From Cyanidioschyzon merolae (taxonomy: Eukaryota), in assembly GCA_000091205.1 (NCBI GenBank), contig AP006496.2: a stretch of 64,000 nt of DNA; one strand, given 5' to 3'. Positions 53,670 through 64,000 of the stretch are shown piece after piece. The translations under genes and the position numbers were made by a program. The notes below the pieces were generated by a model. That model worked only from the letters and a program-made list of their open reading frames with translations. It did no database searches and had not been told where the DNA came from. Position 1 is the stretch's first letter, and each line of letters starts with the position of its first letter.

Positions 53670-56600
53670 CTCGTTACGAGCCACCAGGTGACGAGCGCGT
53701 TCTACTTGCACCAATAAAGCTGCCCGCTGGATCGCGAGAATGGGCTCACGTGCTTGCCAGCTCGATGCAACGCATTGGAGACGCGCTTCAAGCCAGTTTG
53801 CAGCGCCCACATCAGCACCACCAGCGAGCCAGTCATGAGCGTAACGCTGAAGCACTGCTTCCAGGTCAGCGTGATCCCCGAGGATGCACTCGACATCCGC
53901 TACCGCATGGAGTTGCACCAACGCCGGATAGGTTCGCGCATATGACTCGAGAGCAGCGGTTGCAACAGTGTCGGATAACCCTGAGCGCGCTCGACGCAGC
54001 GTCTCTGAGAGCTGCGCTCCAGACTCATGGCCCGGTTGTTGTGCCTGGTGCAGCGCTTTGGCGATGTTTGCCAAGGCGGAGCGGGTACCTCGGGCGGCGG
54101 GGTCCTCAACGGACGCACTCAGGGTTTCGAGCGCATCCCAGCGACCAAGCCGCAGTGCTGCCTCAATGCCCAGGTCAGCGACAGCACTGCGCTCTGGATG
54201 TGTCAGAATCGGATGGAGCATCGTTTCCCAGAGGCCGAGCGTCATCAGACTCTGGAGGTAGCCGCGCATTGCAGCGAGGTCTGTGGGAAACGCCCGCAGT
54301 CCCCGCTCATAGCCGATAAGCGCTTCTTCGGTTGCGTGGTATGCTTCGGCATCTAGGGTGAATGACTCCCAGTCCACGAATGCGGATGAAGACGACGGCG
54401 AAGAGAGGCCTTGTTCGTAGCCATTAGCGGCCGTCCCAGGGAGCAGCGATGGCGAGGCGTCCGGGGTGCGCCCGCCCGAAGCCACCACCACCGGTGCTCG
54501 GCGAGTGGTGATCGCTTGCATGGCATCCAGATCACCTAGTTCTCGATAGAGACGCTGCAGGACGCGTCGCTGTGACTCGGAACAAGAACCGGTACACTGG
54601 TCGAGGTACAGTAATGCGCGATGCAGGGCACCGCTCGTGAGTGCTGCACGAGCGAGCAGTGCTGCAGGTAAAGCGCGCTCCAGAGCATTGAAGGGACAGA
54701 TGTGCTCGGGTTGTTGTGCAGCCGCCGCCGCCAAGGCCGCGTACTCGCAGGTGGCTAATGCACATGGATCCAGGCCCCGAACTCGGCTCATCCAGTCGTG
54801 ATCACGCTGTTCCGCCAGACGATCGAGGAGCAGGAACACCAACTGAATCGCCTCCGTCAGGTCGCTGGACAGTACTGCCACCAGATGCGATCGGAGGAAG
54901 GCGCTTATCCTGGTGATCCAGTGCTTTGATCTGTTCGCCTTTGTAGCTGCTGCTGCTGTTGCATGTGTATGGCCTCCGGTAAGCGGCAGTGAATCTGGCG
55001 CTGCAGTCGTCTGGTGCTGTGCAGACGCATCTCGAGGCGCGCTCAATGCAGCTAGTGCTTCAGGTGCGGTTGCGCTTGGCTCGACGTCCAGGTCGGATAT
55101 CGCCAGCTGTGTGTCCATGTTGATGCTATCGAGATCACTAGCGATCTGGAGCATCGTCTGTACGAGGTAGGGTAGCAAGTAGATCGCGGTATGCTGATCG
55201 TGGCCTGTGAGCGTACGGCACGCGCGAAAGAGGCCCCACCAGCACCGGTACTTGCGACTCAGGGTAGCATTTGGGGTAGGGCTACCAGTCGGCGCTATAG
55301 CAGCTGCTGCTTCTGGCTTTTGTTTCGTGCCAGCTGCGGACACCGACTCGGGAACTGCCCCCGTCGAGGATGTAGCGCTTGTTACGCCTGTTGATCCTGT
55401 GCTTGGTATCGCTTCTGGTGCTGCTGGCTCCATGCCGGCTGCAGCGACAGTCGATGCTTCCGGGCCGATTCCGGAATCCATTCGCATGTCGTCGGAATGG
55501 ATGAAGGTTACGTCCACTGCACACATCACTTGATCCAGCACGTCGACAAGATGCACTGCAAAGCCGCAGATCCACTGAGCAGCACTCTTGCCTGGTGCTA
55601 CGGCACAGCGAGCACACGCTGCTCGGGACGTTGCGGGGGATGCGGTGCACTCCATGGAAGCCGGCACCGCGTCACTTGATGCAGCAGCATGTGCTTCGGT
55701 ATTTGTATGCTTGAGGAGCGTTGCTGCTGGCGCACCTGTTTCGACTGTTGTTCCCGATGAGGTGCAGGGCAATAGCGACGCTGCGACGCCCTGATTTTCA
55801 CGACCGATCGTTTCACTGCTCGTTTTCCGCTGTGCGACTGTTCTTAAAATATAGCGGGAGTACAGGAATGGGCGGATAATTTGGCGCGTGTGTTCGGAAA
55901 GAGCTCGCCAGAAGGCACGCTGCTGGATGCGCTCCTCCGTGGACCGTGTTTGTGGACGCTTCGGTGACGACGACGGCGAAGTCGGCAGAGGATGCGCGGT
56001 GCTGGTGATATCGGTGGTATCTTCGAGACTCAGCGCCAATCGCAGGACCTCTTGGATGACAAAACCGATCCGATTCTGCCACTCACGTGCTTGTGCAGAC
56101 TCCACTCGACGCAGTGCCGGGATGAGGCATTGCTCCAGCAGCGTCGGAATGACGACTTGATCGAGTAGGGACTCGCCTTCAGAGCCAGACGACTGCGACA
56201 CGACTGCATGCTGCTGTAACGACGGCAGTGATAGCGGTGGCGGTTGGCGGTGCTCCAGCGAGAGGCGGGCAGGGTCGACCGCCCCCAGGAGCGCCAGCGC
56301 CAGAAGCGCCTCATCGCGACAGTTGGCATCACCGTCGGTGACGGCGAGCAAGAGGCCCTCCTGAAGCAGCTCACTTACGAGCTGGGTACGCTGATGCAAG
56401 ACGATGTCAACGTACAACTGGTTGCGATACTGCCGGAGTACACTGGTGAGCTCTCGCAGAGCCAGCAAGCGTACCAGTCGACTGTGATGTTTTGTGGCGA
56501 TAGGTAAGAGGCGGATCAGCTGCTCTGCGGGTTGGCGCTGTTGCTTGCGCTCGTTCAGCAGCGTACGAATGGCGCCGAGTACTTCGTTTGTACGTGCTGG

Positions 56601-59519
56601 CGCCGGTCGGTGTGTATCTGGGCTGCTTTCACCGGTTGGGATCGACAAGGTTTGAAGCTCGCGCTCCGGACACAGTGTTGTTGTTGTTGTTGTTGCTGCT
56701 GCTGCTGCTGCTGCCGCCGACGCACAGGTCTCAGCAGGGTGCGCTGCCTCGAGAGGCGCACTATCAGCCCAGTTCGTTGGTCTCGCACTACTGGTGCTGT
56801 CAGCTGGAGGCAGGAAAATCTCATCGAGATAGGTGCTTTTGGCAGGTGACGCCGCACAAGCCCTAGTTAAATCCAGGAGTACTTGGGCCAGAGCGGGTTC
56901 ACCTTCCAGGTACGGTCCCAGCACAGCAAATGCCGTACCTAGGTGCGGTGCGGCGCGCTCCCAGCCCAGCTGCTCGAGGAACGTAACCCAGCACTGAATG
57001 ACCAACGCATGGAGTCGCAGGTCAGGGATCTCTAACGCATTCTTCAGCGTCGCCAGAACCTTGGGCACAAATAAATGAAGCTCTGGTGCGATGACCTTAA
57101 ACAGCAGGTCCAATATACGAATCGCCTGGTGATCCTGTCGCCTGAAGATGCGGCGATTCAAAGCGTCGAGGATCCGGAGAAGATCGTGCGCGATGAGCGT
57201 CACCGTGTCCCTGGCGTCAACCAGAATCGCCAACTCGTCGAGCGCGTCTCGAACAACCGCCTCCGGTCTGGTATCCAACGCTGTCAGAAGACGAAGGATA
57301 ACGCGTGTGGTATAGGTGCGAGCAATGTCATGAATCGTCGATCCGGTGTATGTTGCGAGCAGCGCAAAAGCCTTGTCGCGCTTGACTCGATTCGAGAGCA
57401 GCAGAGAATCGGCGAGAGCCTGGACTTGCTCTTCGATGCCCAGGGCTGCAGCTGCTGCCGATACGCGAGCCGAGAGTGCTTCCAAGTTACGCTCATGGAT
57501 GTGGCTGACGAGAAAAGCAAACGAACAACGATAAACAAATGTGAACACCGCGTCCGAGTCGGATAGCTGTAACCAGCTCTGCAAGAGATCTGCTAGCTCC
57601 TCGTGATGCAGCAGCTGGTGCAGCAGAAGCGGAAAGAGTCGCGGGCCCTGCTCACCGAGCAGTCGCGACACGTGGTGTGGGCTCGCAGTGCGCTCCAGCT
57701 CCCAGGAGATCTGATCTATGGCGGGTACTGTAACGCTCTGCGGACTTCGCCTCCGACGACGCCGTTCCAGGGTGCTCGCTTGCTCAATGAGCGCCGCCAA
57801 AGCCACGGTAGCCAGTCGCGAACAAGCGTTGCGAGCGATCACGCCGAGTGCTTGAATGAATCGCCAGTCACCAAGGGATGCATGCATGGCCTGGTCCAGC
57901 TCCTGGACGAGTACCATCACGACAGGAGCATGCTCATCGCCACAACAGTGTTGAATGAGTGTCGCGAGAACCCGCATGACGCAAGCTGTATCCGGCGACA
58001 GCGCTGCTGCCGGTGCTCGCCATGCCCACGAAATACATCTCGCCAGAAACGGAGCTAGACGCTCATCGAGAAGCATCCGCTGCGCAGCTGCACGTTCCTG
58101 GGTATGCAGGAGAAGCGCGAGCAAGCGCATCTGTGGCCAGCTTGGCTCTGCGAGGGTTATCGTCTTGTGAATGAGCGTGTCCACGACATCAGGCGGCATC
58201 TTACGGGGACGGATCGACCCGATGAGCTCTGCTGCGAACGTCAAATGATCCAGAATTCGTTCAGGGTCCACGTATGCGGCACCGGTTCCAGTGATGCAGA
58301 GCCATCGGGCGAGATGGGGCGCCAGGGCCGGATCCTGTCTGAGTTTTGCGACAAACTCACCGAATTGACGATGCTCGTCAGCGCTTTCAGGTTGGACTAG
58401 CCATGGAATGCAGGCTACAGTCGATACTGCGGATATCGTGTGATCAGCTGTAGATGCATTCTCCTGTGCAGCACGTGCAGCGACTGCAAGTCGAGCAGAA
58501 AACGGTGCATGTCTGCCGGCTGCAAATAACGCACCGTAGCGCGCAGCTGCTGGTCGTTCAGCGTCGATCGATGCCGCAAGGACTCGTCCAGCGATGACGG
58601 CAGTCTGGTCGGGGCCCTCGCATGTACGGAGGAGAAGCAGCAGCGCTGCGAGCAGTAGCCAGTGCTCGCCAGCGGCTGCTGCATCGATGTACTCGTTGAG
58701 CGTCTCCCGCCATCCGCTGCATTTGGACCGCTTCGGACCACTGCGTTCGCATTCGATGCTTATCGTGGACGCCGTGGGAGCCCGACTCCTGGTCGCCCGG
58801 GAATCAGGCGGAGCTTCATTGCTCTGCCCTTGAGGAATGCTCGATCCAGGATCGCAGAGGCTCTGGACCACAATCCACAGCGACTTTTCGATCTCCACTA
58901 TATAATGGAATGGGGAGCGCTGCATCACCTGTTGCAGAATGAGGAGCGCATCATCGCTGCATCCGGTCAGAGCGAGGATATACACGCGGTCGAGCCAGCG
59001 TCTCACATCCTCGGCACTGCTGAGTGCGCCGGTTGCGAGTTCCAGTTGCCAGACCCTAAGATCCTCTTGCTTGCGAAATGACGCGGCACGCTCCAGTTGA
59101 ACATGACCAAGAACATTACACCAGATGGTTTCCAGCTCGGGAGCTACGACTGTCTCGTGCCGATTTTTGTGCCAACGCTGAAAGAGCGCCTCCAGCGAGC
59201 GCCAGTCGGCGATCGTAGCGCGGCGAGCGAGCACCCATAACAACGGGGCCAAGACGCGACGTAGCGTCGCTTCAGATTCCAAAATATCGGCAATCTGTTC
59301 ACAGGAACGGCCAAGACTTGCTGGGAAGAATTCCACTGGACACTTACTCGCAGATTCACGCAAGACGGGCAGCGCAACCTGCTCCAGAGAGCTAGCGCCC
59401 GCTGTAGAGCCCGCTGTCTGCTTCTGCAAGGTCGAAAGCACGTGCTCTAATAAACTTGCAAGGTAGGTGCCCACCTGCTCGTTGCGAACACCAACTGAAG
59501 TCTCCAACGACGCTGCCAT
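50694..59519 (-). CDS. ATR: ATR/Mec1/Rad3-type PIKK checkpoint kinase (FAT, PI3K-like kinase and FATC domains)
   Basis: 2941-aa ORF; the ATG (plus-strand CAT) at 59517-59519 was verified. Kinase catalytic and activation segments: [94 protein letters not shown] vs human ATR [94 protein letters not shown]. The FATC-like C-terminus is LVAEATSARNLARMYIWWLPHV. Large helical-repeat N-terminal and FAT regions contain several homopolymer insertions. Confidence 0.95.
53625..53672. repeat. (GCA)12 coding microsatellite inside ATR (poly-Ala on the coding strand)
   Basis: Seen directly: gcagcagcagcagcagcagcagcagcagcagcagcagcgg. Similar coding trinucleotide tracts occur at about 52515-52560 ((CTG)5(TTG)5), 52640-52680 and 56675-56722 ((GTT)6(GCT)7). 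Confidence 0.85.
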
Positions 59520-62500
59520 GAATAGGTTACCCTGGTATCAACGGACGCGTCCAAGGAGGCCTATGGCGTCACAGAGCTTCCCCAGAGGCAGCGTTTCTCC
59601 CCCCGTGGAAGCAACCCGAACAGACGCGAGTCCGTGCCGCTCCGACTCGTTTCGCGCCATGGATCGAGCGCTCGCATGTGAGGCATCGATGGCTGGGAAT
59701 GAATAGGGAGGATATTGTATTTGATTGTATAATGGTGGACTCTGAGGACAGTGCATGCATGATCGCGAACGGCAGCGGCACATGCGCACGCATTCGCGTT
59801 CCTTGAATGAAGTTCGAGGATGGAGGAGCTCGTACGGCACCACAACGTTGTTTTGTCTGGCGTACAGCAAGTATGGCTGTGGCGCAGTTGTCGTTGTGGC
59901 GGGCCCGCTGCTCTACGGATCGGTGGATAATGCGAACGGCCAGTCTTGGTGGGAAGGCTGCTCTGTCTTCAGGGGAGCTCCGAAGCGTCGGGAGCTGAAC
60001 GAAGATCGCTCTCGCTGACTGCGGATACAAACTGATTAGAACAAGTTCGGAACGAGTACACTGTGCAAACAAGGACGTACACCCAAAGGTTTTCGTGTAT
60101 TCCTACTGTCGCCAGCAGAAGACCTTGCGGGCGTTTTCTACGACTGCTCCTTTTCTGTCTCTGTGATCTCGGGGTTTCAAATCGCTGGGCACTCCTTTCG
60201 TTCCAGCCTTCTTGGTTACAGTCGAAGGACGTTAATGACAGCGGTTGTGTACTGATTTCGTTGTTCCAGGATGTCGCGGGCGCAGGTAATTCCCATCGTT
60301 TTCGGACGCAGCCTTTGTGCGCACGCCGCAGTGGTTGCGCTTCACTGTGGTAAAGCGTTCCCGGATGCGCGCTGCATTTTCTCCTCCGAGGGCCGAGGCC
60401 TGCCCTGTGGCGCGTCAAGGCAGGCTTTATCGCTCGGTACACGCCCTTGGTGGATGCAGAAGGCACGGTTCGATGCCCTGCTCCGTTGCCGTGCCCGCTG
60501 CCTTACCCGATCATCGTGGGCTTCTTCTGGGCGATATCCTCGGCGAGTACGCTGTCCTCTAGATGCACAGGCGTGCGCTAATCAGCTCAATAGCTCAACA
60601 TCCGCTTCCTAGCGCGCCTTTTGTTTTCTGCAGACGCCGCCCAGAAAACTTGTCGATGGGCGCAACACGCCTCAAGATACGTAAGCCAGTCTTCGGTATT
60701 GTATCCACGTGTACAAGTCGACTGCGATAATTCAGCCGCAGCTTTTGGTACATTCGTCTGTTTCGCTCGCAGGCTTATCGGAATATGCTTTCAATTCGCA
60801 CACTCTGCTGAGACGAAGATAAGAGGCGTGCGAGTAGAAGCTACCGCTGTGGCGGGAAGGCGCAGGGCTCGAACCTCGTGCCTCCAGAGCATCGGCGATA
60901 ACCACAGGGAGGTTGCAATGCGCTTTGGGGCTCACGGAAAGCGCAAGTGTTGAGGTTCGCGCTCCGTGGGTCCAGGCTGATGCAGATCGCATTGGGGAGC
61001 ACCTTCTCGCGGCCATGCATCGGTGTTGATCGTTGTTCCGCCGCGTAAGACCTCAGATATTGAGCAGGGCTTGGTTTGAGCGCTGACGATGGTGTGAAGC
61101 ATGTGTATGACGTTCGAAGTTGAAGTTGAAGTTGATGATGATGATGATGATGCTGGATGCGCGAACGCTGTCAGTCTCGTTGAAAGTCACCATGTGTTTT
61201 CGTCGTGGAGCAAACCTTGCTTTCCACCTCTCTTCCTTCACAATCACATTTATCGATCACGAGAGAGGTATCATGATGCTGTCGAATGCACTCGCATCGA
61301 TGCCAGAGACGCAGGAGTTTGTGCACCGAACGGAATCGAGCATTTGGCGTGCGAAGTTTTAGTGAACGCGCCGCATAAATATGGAATAAATTCGTCAAGG
61401 TTCGAGCTCGCTTATTCTCCCTCGTCAATAATGCGGCACGAAAAGCCTGTCTCATGAGATACCTTGAATCAGGGAGATCGAAAACGTGAAGCGTGCGAGA
61501 TTCGAGCTCGCCATACGTAACAAAGGAGCAGCATGGAGGCTTGAACGCCTATATTGGATAATGATATCGGTGATGTTGCGAACTCTGGTTCGGGACGTCG
61601 TGATTCATCTTGATTTCGGTGTCGCAAAGCATACCAGTAGCAGAGCGCTGGGAAAGCCTCCGAAATCACGCCCGAGAATCCTAAAACCACGTTTGAATCT
61701 GTAAGTGCTCATTGCTGCGTTGGGAGTGTCGAGACAGTGCATCGAAAGCAAGTTCAAAAAACTATTCTCAATCCAGGAGCAAAGCGAGCAGTTTAATGCT
61801 CTATTTTCATGTCAATCGGGTGCAGCGCTCACGCAGCAGGAGCATTACGATACCCGGCGCATCGATGCCGTTGTGAAGGAGAGAAGAACCTTGCACAAAC
61901 TTGGATGGCGTATGCGCATCCAACAATTCATGAGCTCCTTCGCTCCCGCATGCCGTAAACTGTTGCCGTCGACGGGTATGCCCGGTGTCGGCTGGCGAGA
62001 GTACGTGATCCTCTACGGTGCTGCGTTCAGTTCGCTTCTTGCGGGAGCTTCTCTTGTGCATAACTGGTTGCGCCCAGACTTGACCCTGCCGAACCTGGCG
62101 GCAACAGTGACCCGAGACGCTGCTGGAGCCGTCAAGCGGACGCGGGCCCAGGAACCTCGGGCTGACACAAACGTGACGCCGTGAGGTGCGTCTCCCAGCG
62201 ACAGCGACCGGCGTGAGGGATTCAAGCTGTCACCAGGTCGTGTGCGAAAACAAGTTCTCGAAACAAGCGGAGGTCTAGCGTTCGGTTTTGGGCGCGGAAA
62301 CTATGTGTTTCGGCATGCGCCCAACTGTATTCAGGACTAGCGAAGGACGAAACATTAGAATCGTTCATGAATCGCCGAGGTGAATCGCGTTCGATGAACG
62401 TGGAGAGTGGTCTGGACTTTGCGGACTGCTGAACCGTATCATACTCGTGCTTTGGTACCAGCCGGACTCCAATGCATGCTCTCTTGGCCACTGGTTTTCT

Positions 62501-64000
62501 ATCAGAAATATTCTTCGTTTCAGTACCATACCCCCGCTGGGCACGAAACGATATCCCGGAACGGACTTTCGACATAGAGCCGTTGGACGATATAAACCAC
62601 GAGATATTTCCGAACGTTGACTGAAGCGTTCAAGTCTCTGTTCAGTACGCGCTTCCGCGCATTGTCGCTGGTGGAATCACACCGCAGCAATGCGCTCATC
62701 TTCCATTACCTCGCCATCTGACACTCGGTTAACGTATCGTACAGCATCTCGTAGAACTGTCTCTGTTTCACGCTCTTCTTGTCTACCGGTTTCAGCGTGC
62801 ATGTGTCGAGATGACGCGTATGTCTCGTCCTGAACTGATTCGCGAGCATCGTACGGAATCGATTCCTGCGTTCGTTGCACGCTGCCGTCGAGAGAGCAGG
62901 ACTACAGCCCTTGCTCTGGAAAGCGAGCCCAGTGTCATCGGATACCCGAAGAACGACGCGACTTGTCGACCGTTTCCATTCTCAACGCATCCAACAAGTT
63001 GGCGAATGCATGGTTCTTGCTTCCGTAGAATAGAAACGACTGGCGACCTCAGCGCGCGGTCTGTTGTACCGTGTGCCAACCATCGATCGCATGAGCCGCT
63101 TGGACGCTGCTGTGCACTCAGCATGAAGTGTACAAAGCGTCCTGCTCTGCTCGATACGGTGCAGAGGGTGTGGTGACGGGTCCTGACGCAATCCATCCAT
63201 TTGCTGGTGTGCATTCTGATGTCTATGATGCCCGACGTGCGCTTATACCGAGCACTGGAAAAGTTTCGCAGATGCATTCACTTCCGATTGGGTCGTTGTC
63301 TCCGTCGTCTCGACTGACTGACACATCGACGGGCGTGACGTCCCTCATTCGGACGTCGACGACGACCAACAAATCTTTCTCTTGACCTGCCTTGGACGGT
63401 TGAAAATGAGTCTCATTGCGCGACTCTGAACCAGGTTTTGCAAAGTGCATGCAGATGGATGTTGCGGCGTCGTCCGTGCTCGAGACAGTTTTTCTCCACG
63501 CTCTACTGGTAAACGAGAATCCTTGAACGAGCTTCGCCAATGCGCCACGTCGCGTTGGTCGAATGCTGGTTGCTTGCACACAGAAACCAGCTATTGATCG
63601 CTGAAGAGGTCGTACATTACCGTGCACAATTGTCTTTGGTGATAGCATATGCCTTGGAATGACTGATCGCGATCATGACGTATAGACGCTAGAGGAGACA
63701 CCGATGCTGGGATTCGGGGAGCGAGTCTGCATTGGCCTGGACGGCACTGTTCCCGAAAACGCAGTAATGCGAGATGTATGCAAGGCAGGCATCACGTTTC
63801 CGTCACAATTTGGATATGACGTGGGTTGGTCCAAGGCCCAGAGAGCAACACGACAACCTTGGACGATCTGGAAGGACGCCTGCTCGTGTTGCGATATCTT
63901 TTGCGAGTGCGCCAGCGCTTCGAACGCGTATGTCACCAGCTCAACATATGCCTCCATCGACACCGCGAGTATCCCTTCTGTCAGTGTCCAATGATCCCGG

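Noticed and set aside
61705-62184. 159-aa ORF with one hydrophobic helix (YVILYGAAFSSLLAGASLVHNW), possible small mitochondrial membrane protein
   Set aside because: No family-level match that I can state. The 59.5-64 kb region has several similar-sized overlapping ORFs on both strands. Insufficient evidence.
1-64000. Prokaryotic-style defence or mobile systems (restriction-modification, toxin-antitoxin, CRISPR-Cas, integrons, prophage)
   Set aside because: All recognisable genes are core eukaryotic housekeeping genes. There are no operon-like same-strand arrays of short genes, no RBS-driven overlaps, and no integrase, transposase, Cas or phage structural signatures.
1-64000. Kinetoplastid (Leishmania/Trypanosoma) origin suggested by GC content, intronless genes and homopolymer-rich proteins
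   Set aside because: Gene orientation flips about 12 times in 64 kb, whereas kinetoplastid genes lie in long unidirectional polycistronic clusters.

Overview
The window is eukaryotic nuclear DNA: GC-rich (roughly 55-60%), with long uninterrupted ORFs on both strands whose N-termini align with known proteins, so it is intron-poor. Coding trinucleotide microsatellites are frequent. Genes alternate strands about 12 times, which rules out a trypanosomatid polycistron; the organism is not determinable from sequence alone (a compact, intron-poor protist or alga is plausible). There are no prokaryotic features: no CRISPR, no operons, no defence islands. I can support about 16 protein-coding genes, roughly one per 4 kb. 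In window order they are: (1) a partial RAD51 paralog (XRCC3/Rad57-like) on the minus strand, running off the window start; (2) the 9-1-1 clamp subunit RAD1; (3) a hypothetical protein; (4) a metaxin/Sam37-like protein; (5) a CSN5/JAB1 MPN-domain protein; (6) lipin/PAH1 phosphatidate phosphatase; (7) a 4-TM membrane protein; (8) a helical hypothetical protein; (9) a single-pass membrane protein; (10) a RhoGAP; (11) a 3.5k-aa UTP20/DRIM nucleolar protein; (12) tRNA m1G9 methyltransferase TRM10; (13) LETM1/Mdm38; (14) fibrillarin; (15) the PIKK kinase ATR/Mec1. The ORF track uses GTG/TTG as well as ATG starts, so several CDS starts are moved to the first in-frame ATG. No rRNA or tRNA genes are supported. 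The most notable non-genic structures are two pairs of near-identical long repeats sitting in intergenic/promoter regions. One is a ~1.15-kb inverted pair (9990-11137 and 21790-22937) bracketing a 10.6-kb four-gene block. The other is a ~0.79-kb direct pair (41794-42580 and 47154-47940) flanking LETM1. Each copy lies 0.3-1.1 kb upstream of a gene start. Other points are an apparently degenerate JAMM motif in CSN5, loss of the arginine finger in the RhoGAP, and extensive homopolymeric insertions (T27, poly-A, poly-S) in UTP20, ATR and LETM1. No novel multi-gene system in the prokaryotic sense is present. Coordinates of repeat boundaries are approximate (a few bp).
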